Shown: in pieces, positions 1 to 10,216 of the stretch
Numbering within the stretch: position 1 is the first letter of the stretch
Layout: every line of letters starts with the position of its first letter
NCBI GenBank assembly: GCA_963808235.1
Contig: CAWEEQ010000002.1
Coordinates: 96,001 to 160,000 of the forward strand
Origin: an uncultured delta proteobacterium
GTDB taxonomy: Bacteria > Desulfobacterota > Binatia > Binatales > Binataceae
DNA: 64,000 bases
Reading direction: 5' to 3'
The notes under the pieces: generated by a model
The model's input: only the letters and a program-made list of their open reading frames with translations
What the model was told of the DNA's origin: nothing
The model's database searches: none
Program-made: the position numbers and the translations under genes

Positions 1-195
1 GACCTCGAGCGTGTCTACCGCGCGTCGCCATTCGACCAGGTGCTGATCGCCGTCGACGAGATCAGCGACGAGCGGCTCCGGCGGATCGACGATTTTGCGC
101 GCCGCCACCAGCTCGTGGTGCGCAGGTTCTCGATCGCGCTGAGCGACGTTCGCGACGGGCCGTCGGCGCTTTCGATAGTGGAAAAGCGGGCCTAA
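1..195 (+). CDS. 3' end of a gene (partial); tail resembles the CoA-binding-like domain of polysaccharide-biosynthesis/sugar-transferase proteins
   Basis: Frame 1 is open from base 1: DLERVYRASPFDQVLIAVDEISDERLRRIDDFARRHQLVVRRF...EKRA, TAA at 193-195. The D-x-V-x-I-A...L-x-R-I pattern resembles CapD/WcaJ-type domains. Confidence 0.5.
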   Translation, partial: DLERVYRASPFDQVLIAVDEISDERLRRIDDFARRHQLVVRRFSIALSDVRDGPSALSIVEKRA

Positions 196-226
196 TCGAG
201 CCGCGTTTCCGCCAACAAAACCGGCT

Positions 227-3200
227 TCAGTTTGCCTGGAGCAGGGTTCCTTTCTTCAGTGCTCGCTCCTTCATGATCGCGAAGAACACCGGCACCAGTA
301 TCAGGACGTGAATCGTCGAGGTGATCATTCCGCCGACGATCGGCGCGGCGATTGGCTTCATCACATCCGAGCCGATACCGCTTTCCCACAGAATCGGCGC
401 GAGACTGAGCATCACGACTGCCACCGTCATAAGCTTCGGCCGGAGCCGCTGAACGGCGCCTTCGATGACCGCGGCCTCGACGCCTTCGTGAGTGAGTTCG
501 CCGGCGGCAATGTGCCGATTCAGAGCTTCGTGCAGATAGATCACCATGACCACGCCAGTCTCGACTGCGATCCCGAACAACGCGATGTACCCAACCCACA
601 CGGCGACGCTGAAGTTGAAGCCCATCATGTATTGGAGCAGCAGGCCGCCCGTCATCGCGTACACGGTCGGAAGGATAAGCACGATCGCTTCGCTCATCGA
701 TTGGAAGAGCATGTAGAGCAGGACAAAGATCAGAAGAAAAACGATCGGCAGGATGACCGCCAGGCGCTTTCGCGCGCGCAACTGGAACTCGTACTCTCCC
801 GACCATTTGAGAGTGTAACCGGCCGGCAGACGGAGCTGCAGATCGAGCACGCGCTGCGCGTTGTCAACGTAGCTGCCGTAGTCCGACGTCGCGAGGTCAA
901 CGTAAACGTATCCGGTAAGCTGCCCGTCTTCATCGCGAATCATTGACGGCCCCGGGCTCAAGTCGATGCGCGCGACCTCTCCGAGCGGGATCTGCGCGCC
1001 TGTCGGCGTCATGATCAGTATGCGGCGAAGCGCGCTGAGGTCGTTGCGATAATCTGCGAGATAGCGAACGTTGATCGAGTAACGCTCGCGTCCTTCGACC
1101 GTGGTCGCGATATTCTCGCCGCCCATGCCGGAACTGACTGCCCGCTGAACGTCACCGACCGTCAGGCCATACCTCGACGCGACCGCGCGGTCGACATTAA
1201 CGTTGATGTAGAAGCCTTGTGAGACCCGTTCGGCGAAGATTCCGCGCGTGCCCGAAACGGGACCTAGTATCTCTTCGATCTGCGAACCGATCTGCTGGAT
1301 CCGATCGACATCGGGGCCCTGAATTTTGAGTCCGACCGGAGTTTTGATCCCGGTCAGCTCCATATCGAGGCGGTTCTCGACCGGCATCGTCCAGGAGTTC
1401 GACAAACCAGGAAAATGCAGCCGGTCGTCCATCTCGGCGATGAGCTGGTCGTAGGTCATGCCTTTTCGCCACTGGTCACGAGGCCTCAGCATGATCGTCG
1501 TGTCGTACATGTCCAGCGGCGCATTGTCGGTGGCGCTATCCGATCGCCCGACCGAGCCGAATACACTCTCGACCTCGGGAAATGTGCGGATGATCTGGTC
1601 CTGCTTCTGCATCAAATCCACCGCTGACGAGATCGAAATCCCCGGCAGGGCAGTCGGCATGTACAGGCTTGATCCTTCATACAGAGGCGGCATGAACTGA
1701 CTACCGATCTTGAACAGCAGCGGGATCGTGAGCAGCAAAAAAATCACATTGGCGGCGATCGTCATCGCGCGATGACGCAGGCACCATCGGATGACCGGCA
1801 GATAAATCGTCTGGAAGAACCGCGAGATGGGGTTGTCTTCCTCGGGGCGCAGGCGCTTGCCACGGATGAAGAGGACCATCAGCACCGGGACCACGGTGAT
1901 CGCGAGAACCGACGAGAAGGCGATCGCGAAGGACTTCGTATAGGCCAGCGGGCGGAACATCCGGCCCTCCTGCGACTCGAGCAGGAATACCGGCAGGAAC
2001 GAAACGACAATAATAATAAGCGAGAAGAAGATCGGGCGGCCGACCTGCTTCGCCGCCGATAGCAGGATTTGCTGGCGTTCAGATCCAGAAACCGACTCGC
2101 CTTTCAGCGATGCCTGGTGCTGAGCCTCCGATAGGTGCCGGTATCCGTTCTCGACCATCACGATCGAAGCATCGACCAGCACGCCAATCGCCAGCGCCAA
2201 GCCGCCGAGCGACATGATGTTCGAGCTGATCTGCAGGTAATACATCGGAATAAATGTCGCGATGACCGCGATCGGCAGCGCAAGAATCGGGATCAGCGCC
2301 GATCGAAGATGGAAGAGGAAAACGATGATCACGAGACTTACAATAATTGCCTCTTCGAGCAGGTCGCGTTTCAGCGTGTTGATCGATTCCTGGATGAGTC
2401 CGGATCGATCGTAGCCGGCGACGATTTCGACGCCTGGCGGAAGAGTCTTTCGAATCTGAGCGAGCTTTTGCTTGACCCCGTCGATGACGGTGAGCGCATT
2501 CTGCCCATAGCGCATCACAACGATCCCGCCGACTGTCTCGCCGTCGCCGTTCCACTCCGCCGCGCCCTCGCGCAGATCGGGGCCCAGGCTGACGACGCCC
2601 AAGTCTCGTATCAGCACGGGTGTGCCGTTGTTGGTCGCGACCGAAATTTCTTCAAGGTCTGTTACCGAATGGACGTAGCCGAGGCCCCGGATCATGTAGT
2701 CCGCTCCCGACATCTCGAGCACGCGCCCACCGACTTCTCCGTTGCTATCGCGGATTTTGTCGATCACCGTTTCCAGCGGAACCTTGAGCGCGAGCAGCCG
2801 ATTCGGATCGAGCTTGACCTGGTACTGCTTTACGAAGCCGCCGATAGTGGCGACCTCCGAGACGCCCGGCACGGTTTCGAGCGCATAGCGGACGTTCCAA
2901 TCCTGCAAGCTGCGCAGGTCGGCGAGACTGTGCGTGTGACTCTTGTCGACGAGTGCATATTCGTAAACCCAACCTGCGCCAGTCGCGTCCGGCCCGATGG
3001 CGGGATTCACTCCGGCAGGAAGCTTGCCTGTGATCTGCTGCAGGTATTCCAGCACCCGGCTCCGCGCCCAGTAGATGTCGGTGCCGTCTTCGAACACCAC
3101 GAACACGTATGAATCGTTGGGCATCGTCTGCGCGCGAACCGCCTTCACATGTGGCGCGGCGAGCATCGCGGTGACGATCGGATAGGTAACCTGATCTTCG

Positions 3201-3382
3201 ATGAGATTAGGTGGCTGGCCCATCCATTCGGTGTGGATGATCACCTGGACGTCGGAGATGTCCGGCAGCGCGTCGAGCGGAATCCGATCGAGCGACCAGA
3301 CGCCCGCGAGTAGCAGCGCCAGCACCCCGAAGAACAACAGAAAGCGGTTCGCGTCACACCAGTCGATAGTTCGTTCGATCAC
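227..3382 (-). CDS. cusA: CusA/CzcA family heavy-metal efflux RND permease, Cu(I)/Ag(I) type
   Basis: 1051 aa; LDALPDISDVQV, GPDATG, GVLVDASIVMVEN, RLRPKLMT; CusA-type Met triad contexts FMPPL, PLDMYDT, WTMP. Confidence 0.95.
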   Translation of the reverse strand: MIERTIDWCDANRFLLFFGVLALLLAGVWSLDRIPLDALPDISDVQVIIHTEWMGQPPNLIEDQVTYPIVTAMLAAPHVKAVRAQTMPNDSYVFVVFEDGTDIYWARSRVLEYLQQITGKLPAGVNPAIGPDATGAGWVYEYALVDKSHTHSLADLRSLQDWNVRYALETVPGVSEVATIGGFVKQYQVKLDPNRLLALKVPLETVIDKIRDSNGEVGGRVLEMSGADYMIRGLGYVHSVTDLEEISVATNNGTPVLIRDLGVVSLGPDLREGAAEWNGDGETVGGIVVMRYGQNALTVIDGVKQKLAQIRKTLPPGVEIVAGYDRSGLIQESINTLKRDLLEEAIIVSLVIIVFLFHLRSALIPILALPIAVIATFIPMYYLQISSNIMSLGGLALAIGVLVDASIVMVENGYRHLSEAQHQASLKGESVSGSERQQILLSAAKQVGRPIFFSLIIIVVSFLPVFLLESQEGRMFRPLAYTKSFAIAFSSVLAITVVPVLMVLFIRGKRLRPEEDNPISRFFQTIYLPVIRWCLRHRAMTIAANVIFLLLTIPLLFKIGSQFMPPLYEGSSLYMPTALPGISISSAVDLMQKQDQIIRTFPEVESVFGSVGRSDSATDNAPLDMYDTTIMLRPRDQWRKGMTYDQLIAEMDDRLHFPGLSNSWTMPVENRLDMELTGIKTPVGLKIQGPDVDRIQQIGSQIEEILGPVSGTRGIFAERVSQGFYINVNVDRAVASRYGLTVGDVQRAVSSGMGGENIATTVEGRERYSINVRYLADYRNDLSALRRILIMTPTGAQIPLGEVARIDLSPGPSMIRDEDGQLTGYVYVDLATSDYGSYVDNAQRVLDLQLRLPAGYTLKWSGEYEFQLRARKRLAVILPIVFLLIFVLLYMLFQSMSEAIVLILPTVYAMTGGLLLQYMMGFNFSVAVWVGYIALFGIAVETGVVMVIYLHEALNRHIAAGELTHEGVEAAVIEGAVQRLRPKLMTVAVVMLSLAPILWESGIGSDVMKPIAAPIVGGMITSTIHVLILVPVFFAIMKERALKKGTLLQAN

Positions 3383-3391
3383 GTTCTTCCC

Positions 3392-4870
3392 TCACATCGC
3401 CATAGAGCCGCTGGCTGACACGTCCATCTGTTTGGTCGCGATCGGATGGCCGTTTTTCGACGCGGCGATTGTCAGGCTCCAGGTGCCACCGCTGGGCAGT
3501 TCGATATTCGCGGCGTACGCACCGTTTCCTTGATCATCGCCGATGCCTTGCGCACGCATCGCTGCCATTCCCATCGCCGGCATCGCCGCCATGTAGAAGG
3601 ACACCGTCACTTGCGCGCCCGGGATTGGCGCGCCTTTTGAATCGCGCAGCGTCACAATCGCCTTATTGTGGCCGCGTACGAGAGGATTGGGCTCACTGGT
3701 GAATTCGATTTTTGCTTGCGCGATCGCCTCGGCAGTTTGTTCGCCTTCATTTGCACCCACGCCCGGCGGCGGCGGAACGAAAGCACCGGCGGCAGCCTGG
3801 AGTTGGCTTTCCGAATCGATCAGAAAATTGGCCGAACTGACGATCCGCTGGCCCGGTGCAAGTCCCTTGAGCACGATGAATTCGTCGCCGACGTGCGATC
3901 CCAATTCGACGTTGATGGGCGTGAGATAGCCGTCGCCGCGGTCGATGAAAGCGACGTTGTGCGTGCCGGTGCGCAGAACCGCGGTGTCCGGGATGGCGGT
4001 TTGTTCGCCCATCGGCAGGTCGAGCGCAACGTGCGCGAACATCCCGGGAAGAAGCTGACCCTTGGGGTTGTTGAACTCGCATCGAACCTTGGCGGTGCGA
4101 GTCATCGGATCGATTTGCGGCTGGATGAAATCGACTCGTCCATCGAAGCTCATGCCCGGATAGCCATCAACGGTAACGGTTGCAGGATCCCCCGGACGAA
4201 CCTTTCCGATCTCGTCCTGAAACACCGCCGCGTAGATCCATACCTTTGACAAGTCGGTGATCGTGAACAGGCGCGTGTCCGGTTGCACGTACATGTTGGG
4301 CAGCGCGTTGCGCTCGACGATGTATCCGCTCATGGGGGAGTCTATCTCGACGGCGCGGCGCACGGTTCGCTCGCGCTCCAGGCGCGCGATCTCGCGCGGC
4401 GACACGTTCCACAGCTTCAGACGTTCCGCGGCGGAATCGACCAGCGATGATGCGTCCGTGGTTACGTCCGCGACCGGGCTATTGCTGACGCGCTTGCGAG
4501 CGTCGACGGCAAGCAGATATTCGTTCTCCGTACTCACCAGGTCCGGGCTGTAAATCGTAAACAAAGGCTGGCCCCGGCGGACGTATTGATAGGTCGAATT
4601 CGCGAACACTTGCTCGATCCATCCGGCGAAACGCGTCTGCACGTAGCCTTGCAGCCGTTCGTCGGGCTCGATGTTTCCGGTCGTATCGAGGCGATCGCTG
4701 ACGTCTTTTCGAGCAACGGTAGCGAACTTGAGCCCGATCAACTGTCGCCGCTCCGGAGCGATCCGTATTGGCGCGAGTTGGGAATCAGCTCCGTACGCGA
4801 TTGTCGCCGCGAGCAACATCAGTACCAGGGAGACAATGCAGGCTCGCGAGTGTGACGAGTCGTAATTCAT
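3392..4870 (-). CDS. cusB: CusB-like RND periplasmic adaptor with C-terminal Met-rich YtkA/FixH-like domain
   Basis: IYSPDLVSTENEYL, TRTAKVR, LLPGMF, SANFLIDSESQL; extra C-terminal domain with YMAAMPAMGMAAM and GGTWSLTI. Confidence 0.9.
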   Translation of the reverse strand: MNYDSSHSRACIVSLVLMLLAATIAYGADSQLAPIRIAPERRQLIGLKFATVARKDVSDRLDTTGNIEPDERLQGYVQTRFAGWIEQVFANSTYQYVRRGQPLFTIYSPDLVSTENEYLLAVDARKRVSNSPVADVTTDASSLVDSAAERLKLWNVSPREIARLERERTVRRAVEIDSPMSGYIVERNALPNMYVQPDTRLFTITDLSKVWIYAAVFQDEIGKVRPGDPATVTVDGYPGMSFDGRVDFIQPQIDPMTRTAKVRCEFNNPKGQLLPGMFAHVALDLPMGEQTAIPDTAVLRTGTHNVAFIDRGDGYLTPINVELGSHVGDEFIVLKGLAPGQRIVSSANFLIDSESQLQAAAGAFVPPPPGVGANEGEQTAEAIAQAKIEFTSEPNPLVRGHNKAIVTLRDSKGAPIPGAQVTVSFYMAAMPAMGMAAMRAQGIGDDQGNGAYAANIELPSGGTWSLTIAASKNGHPIATKQMDVSASGSMAM

Positions 4871-6195
4871 TTTCGGTCACCGATTATCTGTTGAATTTTG
4901 GCGATTGCGATCTCGTGGTCAGCGAGGCTGCGGTAGTACTCCTGCCGGAGGTTCTGTAAATCGAGAACCGACGAGAGCAACGTCTGGAAATCGACTTTGC
5001 CGACTCGATACGCAGACATCGCCGAGGCCTGCGAAGTTTCAGCCTGCGGTATAAGGCCGTCGCGATAGATCGACATGATCCGCTCCGCAGTGCGCATCGC
5101 GACCAGGCTGCTTTCCGCGTCCGAGGAAACCTGCAGTTGAGTTGCATGGGTCTGCTCGCGCGCAGACTCGGCTTCAAGCGCGGCCTGCTCGATTGCGGGC
5201 GTTTGCTTGCGCCAGAAATAGAGCGGAACCTTCGCGCCCAGATTCAGCATGTAGTAGTCGCGGAATCCGGGGCCGGTCTTTTCGTACGAATATCCGACCG
5301 TGAAGTCCGGCCAGTATCCCCGATGCGCGAGCTTCAACGCTTCCGCACTGCGGGCTTCCATAGCTCGATTCGCTGCTAGGTCAGGCGAGCCAGCATCGCT
5401 GAGCTGCGCGAGCTGCGCCGGATCGAGATCCAGGCGTGTCGCCTCAACCTCGCCGATATCCACATTCCGCGAGTCCGGATCGCGCCCGAGTAGTTGCTTG
5501 AGTTCGAGCTGTTCCTGGTCCTCTTCCTGATGATGCATCGCGTGCTCCTTCAGGATTTCTGTGGTCTGGAGTTGCGCCTTGATCAGGTCCTGCTGGAGAC
5601 CGCGACCCACGCGATACCTCGTTTCCGCGATCTGCTTGATCTGCTGGAGCTCGTCCTGATTGCGATCGAGAATCTTGAGCGTCTTCGCGTGGTAGAACAG
5701 TTCGAAGTAGATCTCCTTGACCTTTTCCTCGACCGCACGACCCGCCGCTTCGTAGCGATGCCTTGAGTAGTCGGCGTCTTTTTCCGCCTCGGACTTCTGT
5801 AATCGGAGCTTGCCGGGACCCGGGATGTCCTGCGAGACGCCAAAGCCGGTGTAGTAGAAATCGCTGCTTTCATAACCCGAGAACGGCTGCGGGCTTCCCA
5901 CCGTGAAATGCTGCAGAGACACCTGTGGATCGGGCAGTGTCGACGCCTGGATCGGGACCTTCGTCTGGGCCTGCCAGTGGCTTCGAGCCGCCAGGACGAT
6001 GGGACTACGGGCGAGTGCCTCATCGACTAGCGCGCGCAGACTATCGGAATTGACAGGCGCTTCAATCGAATGAGCGCTATCCTGTGCGTGTCCCGCCAAG
6101 GGAATCGCGGTCAGGATTGTGGTAGCGATCGTCGCTGCTATCAAGTTTCGCGCCGCATTACGGCGAATGCTTCCCGCTGATTTCACAAATTCCAA
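4867..6195 (-). CDS. TolC/CusC family outer-membrane efflux factor
   Basis: Signal peptide, TLPDP, PGPGKL, YRVG repeats; overlaps the adaptor start. The start could be GTG at 6186. Confidence 0.88.
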   Translation of the reverse strand: MEFVKSAGSIRRNAARNLIAATIATTILTAIPLAGHAQDSAHSIEAPVNSDSLRALVDEALARSPIVLAARSHWQAQTKVPIQASTLPDPQVSLQHFTVGSPQPFSGYESSDFYYTGFGVSQDIPGPGKLRLQKSEAEKDADYSRHRYEAAGRAVEEKVKEIYFELFYHAKTLKILDRNQDELQQIKQIAETRYRVGRGLQQDLIKAQLQTTEILKEHAMHHQEEDQEQLELKQLLGRDPDSRNVDIGEVEATRLDLDPAQLAQLSDAGSPDLAANRAMEARSAEALKLAHRGYWPDFTVGYSYEKTGPGFRDYYMLNLGAKVPLYFWRKQTPAIEQAALEAESAREQTHATQLQVSSDAESSLVAMRTAERIMSIYRDGLIPQAETSQASAMSAYRVGKVDFQTLLSSVLDLQNLRQEYYRSLADHEIAIAKIQQIIGDRK

Positions 6196-6368
6196 CCTTC
6201 CAGCCGCGATCGATCACCGCGCGGCCGCGTCTCGCAGATCGAAAATCCACGTCTTTAGCTGCCGATCGGTTCGGCAGACGTCCTCTGGACTGTGGCGACG
6301 GACAGCTACGCGAACTTCCGCGACGGATGCGACACACCCGCGCTTCAACTCGCGCGCTTACGGAAGGT

Positions 6369-6737
6369 TCAGATTTGTCGGGAACAGAGAAGTGCTAACG
6401 AAGCGAGACGGTCAGGTGGTGAGTACCCACGAGCGTCGACGGTGTTCTGCAAGCGCGAAATCGCGATTATGAACGCGGCGACAGGCAGACTTCCGATAGA
6501 ATCGAAATGCTGCGCGTCTTTCGCCTGGCTGGTCGCTCGATCCGGCGCCGCCGGCGCTTTGCAGCAGCTCAGGCTATTTACTGGAGTGCTCCTCGTACAA
6601 TTCGCATCGCAGCACGAGGTTGCGGAGCATCCCATCGCAGACGGCGCGCCGATGCTGAGCGGAAGCATCAGAGCGACAAGAATTATGGCGAGAAAGCGCA
6701 CGACCACCACCGTAGCCGGACCATTCAGCACACGCAA
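6369..6737 (-). CDS. Small Cys-rich exported/membrane protein upstream of the cus operon (CutF/CruR-like leader candidate)
   Basis: Hydrophobic N-terminal segment, CSATSCCDANC...SCC cluster, C-terminal RGYSPP; co-oriented with cusCBA. Start uncertain. Confidence 0.6.
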   Translation of the reverse strand: MRVLNGPATVVVVRFLAIILVALMLPLSIGAPSAMGCSATSCCDANCTRSTPVNSLSCCKAPAAPDRATSQAKDAQHFDSIGSLPVAAFIIAISRLQNTVDARGYSPPDRLASLALLCSRQI

Positions 6738-6929
6738 TCTACGGCGACCCTCAAATTGCGCAAACTGCCGTAAGTACCTGACAAATGAGGGTGGTAGCGT
6801 AAGGGCCCATCGGTCTCAAATCCCTGATAGATTGAGTTGGAGAGCACTCGCGGGTGCGTCGCTTTGCGCGCTTGCGCGGGTTAAACTCGGGTTGCGATTA
6901 TTTTCGCTCGGGGGAGTGACGGGAATTCT

Positions 6930-7292
6930 ATGAATCGAGCACGGAAGCCGGTTCGAATCGTCCCCAAAGGATGGGGCCGCGAGGTGTGGATCGCCAACGG
7001 CGATTTGTATTGCGGAAAAATCCTGGAAATTCGCAAGGGCAAGAAGTGCTCGCTGCATTATCACAAGCTCAAAACCGAATCGTTTTATCTGCGCGCCGGT
7101 AAACTGAAAATCCGAATCAAGGAATCGCCCGAAAGCGAAACGATCGAGGAGTTCGAGCTGGTCGCCGGCGAGTGCATGGACGTCCCCAGTGGTTTGGTTC
7201 ATCAGATGGAAGCGATCGAAGATGCCGAGCTGCTGGAATTTTCCACCCAGCACTTCGACACCGATTCACATCGGCTGATTCCTGGTGACTGA
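6930..7292 (+). CDS. Cupin domain protein (sugar-isomerase-like)
   Basis: VPKGWGRE, SLHYH-x3-TESFY, VPSGLVHQM cupin motifs; directly upstream of gmd. Confidence 0.85.
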   Translation: MNRARKPVRIVPKGWGREVWIANGDLYCGKILEIRKGKKCSLHYHKLKTESFYLRAGKLKIRIKESPESETIEEFELVAGECMDVPSGLVHQMEAIEDAELLEFSTQHFDTDSHRLIPGD

Positions 7293-7319
7293 GACGGTGC
7301 GCGGCGGAAGGCGGTCGAG

Positions 7320-8339
7320 ATGGCAAAAGTAGCGTTGATAACCGGCGTCACCGGACAGGACGGTTCCTACCTGGCCGAGTCGCTGCTGAAGAAGGGATAC
7401 CAGGTGCACGGGATGGTGCGGCGCACCTCGAGCTTCGCCACCGGGCGAATCGATCACCTGCGCAAGGGCTACGGGCCCGGCTCCGAAGGTGGTCTGCAAC
7501 TGCATTACGGCGACCTGGGTGACGGGACCGGGCTGCGGCGCATTATCGAGCAGGTGCTTCCCGACGAGGTGTACAACCTGGCGGCGCAATCGCACGTGCG
7601 GATTTCGTTCGATCAACCGGAGTATACGGCCGACGTGGTCGGATTGGGCGCGCTCAGACTGCTGGAGGCGCTGCGCGATCACAACAAGCGCCGTGGCCGC
7701 TCCGCGCGCCTTTACCAGGCGGGATCGTCGGAGATGTTCGGAAAGGCCGCCGAAGCCCCGCAGCGCGAGACCACGCCGTTCCATCCGCGCAGTCCGTACG
7801 CATGCGCGAAAGTCTATGCGCACTGGCAGACGATCAACTATCGCGAGGCATACGGGCTGTTCGCCTGCAACGGAATTCTGTTCAATCACGAGTCGCCGCG
7901 ACGCGGCGAAAATTTCGTCACCCGCAAGATCACGCGCAGCGCGACGCGGATCAAGCTCGGGATCCAGGAAAAGCTCGCGCTTGGAAATCTCGACGCGCAG
8001 CGCGACTGGGGATTCGCCGGCGATTACGTCGAGGCGATGTGGCTGATGCTGCAGCAGGAGAAACCCGACGACTACGTTATCGCGACCGGCGAAACACATA
8101 CGGTTCAGGAGTTCCTCGAAGTGGTCTTCGATCGCCTGAAGCTGAAGGTGAAGGATCACGTGGAGATCGATCAGCGGTTTTTCCGTCCCGCGGAAGTCGA
8201 TTTGCTGGTCGGAGACGCGTCGAAGGCGAAGCGGATGCTCGGATGGGAAGCGAAGGTCAAGTTTGAGCGGCTCGCCGAGCTGATGGTCGAAGCGGATCTG
8301 GAACTTGCCGAACGCGAACTGCGCGGCAAGGGGCAATAG
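7320..8339 (+). CDS. gmd: GDP-mannose 4,6-dehydratase
   Basis: [57 protein letters not shown]. Confidence 0.97.
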   Translation: MAKVALITGVTGQDGSYLAESLLKKGYQVHGMVRRTSSFATGRIDHLRKGYGPGSEGGLQLHYGDLGDGTGLRRIIEQVLPDEVYNLAAQSHVRISFDQPEYTADVVGLGALRLLEALRDHNKRRGRSARLYQAGSSEMFGKAAEAPQRETTPFHPRSPYACAKVYAHWQTINYREAYGLFACNGILFNHESPRRGENFVTRKITRSATRIKLGIQEKLALGNLDAQRDWGFAGDYVEAMWLMLQQEKPDDYVIATGETHTVQEFLEVVFDRLKLKVKDHVEIDQRFFRPAEVDLLVGDASKAKRMLGWEAKVKFERLAELMVEADLELAERELRGKGQ

Positions 8340-8340
8340 T

Positions 8341-8766
8341 TCAAGTCCTCAGCTTGATCGCCACGGCCTGGATGCGACTATCTGCGGCTGACGCGTCCGG
8401 CTGCTCGATCAGCTCAAACAGATGGCCGCTGGGATCTTCGAAATAAATGCCACGACCGCCGTGCACGCGATTGATCTCGCCGAGTCCTTTACCATCGAAG
8501 GCAGCATAGAAGTCGATGCATGCGCGGATGATCCGTCCGAGGGCAGCGTCGAATTCCGCGTCGGCGACGAGGAAGGCGCACTGAAACGCCCAGCATCCTC
8601 TGGGTTCGGAAAAATCGAGCGTTAACCCATCGCTGGTGCGAATGCGAACTAGTTGGCCCGAGTCATCCTGCACTTCCAATCCGAAAATATAAGCGAGTAG
8701 TCGGGCCGTCGCGCGTTTGTCCTCCGCCGGAATGACGACGTGGTTAACTTCGACGGCTATGCTCAC
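8341..8766 (-). CDS. VOC/glyoxalase superfamily protein
   Basis: NHVVI, LTLDF, GGRGIYFEDPSGHLFELI. GTG start at 8766 preferred; the ORF extends to 8811. Confidence 0.8.
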   Translation of the reverse strand: MSIAVEVNHVVIPAEDKRATARLLAYIFGLEVQDDSGQLVRIRTSDGLTLDFSEPRGCWAFQCAFLVADAEFDAALGRIIRACIDFYAAFDGKGLGEINRVHGGRGIYFEDPSGHLFELIEQPDASAADSRIQAVAIKLRT

Positions 8767-8831
8767 CGCCGGTCTCTGACGACGAGCGCATCTTGTGGGA
8801 ACCGGCTGCATCGACTGTCGTCCGATCGCGG

Positions 8832-9494
8832 CTAGCTCGCCTGTTTCTCCATTGCGGCGGCCATGTAGCTGATGGCTTGCTCGACGATCGCAGGTTCGGC
8901 GGTCTTCGGGTTTCCGGATTGAAACGGAGGTTCGGGATCGTATTCTATCGCCAATTGGGTCAGCTTCGCGGCGTCGTCTCCGCGCAACTTCGCCAGCAGC
9001 ACGAGGCCAAAGTCGATTCCGGCCGTAACACCGCCTCCGGAGATGCGGTTTCGATCCACCACGACGCGCGCGTCAACCGGCTCCGCCCCGAACGCGCTTA
9101 GCGCATTGCGCGCCGCCCAGTGGGAGGTCGCTTTGTATCCTTTCAAAAGCCCTGCCGCTCCCAGCAGAAGCGAGCCGGAGCAAACGGAAGTTATGTACTT
9201 TGAGCTGGAAGCGCGATCAGCGAGGAACGCGAGAACTCCCGCATCGTGCATCAATTGCTCCTGACCAAACCCGCCGGGTACGAACAGGACGTCGAGTTCG
9301 CGGGGACAACTCTCAAACGTGCAGCTCGGCTGTATACCGATGCCGGTATCGGAGCGGACGAGGTCATTCGTCTTCCACACGAGATGGATATTCGCGAACC
9401 ATGAAAAGACCGTTTGCGGACCGATTAGATCGAGCAAGGTAAGCCCCGGGTAAAGCAGCATCGCAATCTCGAGCGGTTTCTCAGTTTGTTTCAT
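8832..9494 (-). CDS. DJ-1/PfpI family protein, isonitrile hydratase (InhA)-like
   Basis: TLLDLIGP, LFVPGG, catalytic SVCSGS, ATSHW, GGGVTAGIDF, EYDPEPPF. Confidence 0.9.
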   Translation of the reverse strand: MKQTEKPLEIAMLLYPGLTLLDLIGPQTVFSWFANIHLVWKTNDLVRSDTGIGIQPSCTFESCPRELDVLFVPGGFGQEQLMHDAGVLAFLADRASSSKYITSVCSGSLLLGAAGLLKGYKATSHWAARNALSAFGAEPVDARVVVDRNRISGGGVTAGIDFGLVLLAKLRGDDAAKLTQLAIEYDPEPPFQSGNPKTAEPAIVEQAISYMAAAMEKQAS

Positions 9495-10186
9495 CGTCTT
9501 CGCCTCCTCGCCGGGATCGCTTTGTCTCGAAGTTTTTTCGCAGCCTTGTTTTTATTTGTAGGTCGACGAGGCGCGACTCCGCGCTCGATCGTCGATGGCA
9601 TCGCGCGATCGACTAGCGCCTGAAACGCGCATTGTGCCCTTGAATCAGCATCGGCGGCGCGCAGAAAACGATGCGCCGCGTGGTGACCCAGATAAATGCC
9701 GGAGAGTTCCCACACGAATTGATCAACGTCGAGATCGTGGCGCAGGTGTCCAAGATCGACCGCTTGTTGAACCAGTTCGGTCAGCAAGCGGCGCCACTGA
9801 CCTTCCATTTCCAGAATCTTGTTCCTGACAAGGCCCTCTACGTCGTCGAACTCGAACAGACCAGCCGCCACCGGACATCCTCCGGGAAGCCCGGCGCGCT
9901 GCGCCCATCCGAACCAATTGCGGACCAGGGCCCGCAAGCGAGGGAGACCTTCGGTTGCCGTCATCGATGGCGCGACAACATGAGCCTGGGCGAACTCCGC
10001 CATATGGGTCAGCAGTTCGATCTGGACGTCTTCTTTCGAGCGGAAGTGCGCGAAGAGTCCGCTTTTCGACATTCCCACCTGGTCAGCCAGCACGCCGAGC
10101 GTGACGCCGGTCAGGCCCGATTGGCTCATCAAAGCCAGTCCTTGATGCAGTATTCGTTCACGTGTCGAGGTTGCGGGATTGGTCAT
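9491..10186 (-). CDS. TetR/AcrR family transcriptional regulator
   Basis: N-terminal HTH GMSKSGLFAHFRSKEDV; GGCPV motif; 4-bp overlap with the DJ-1 gene. Confidence 0.93.
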   Translation of the reverse strand: MTNPATSTRERILHQGLALMSQSGLTGVTLGVLADQVGMSKSGLFAHFRSKEDVQIELLTHMAEFAQAHVVAPSMTATEGLPRLRALVRNWFGWAQRAGLPGGCPVAAGLFEFDDVEGLVRNKILEMEGQWRRLLTELVQQAVDLGHLRHDLDVDQFVWELSGIYLGHHAAHRFLRAADADSRAQCAFQALVDRAMPSTIERGVAPRRPTNKNKAAKKLRDKAIPARRRRR

Positions 10187-10198
10187 GCGGTCGAGAAA

Positions 10199-10216
10199 AG
10201 CACGACCGGTCGTGCT
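10199..10216. promoter_or_regulatory. Perfect 18-bp palindrome AGCACGACCGGTCGTGCT, probable TetR operator
   Basis: Lies 12 nt upstream of the tetR ATG, immediately downstream of a minus-strand TTGACA (10223-10218). Confidence 0.8.
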
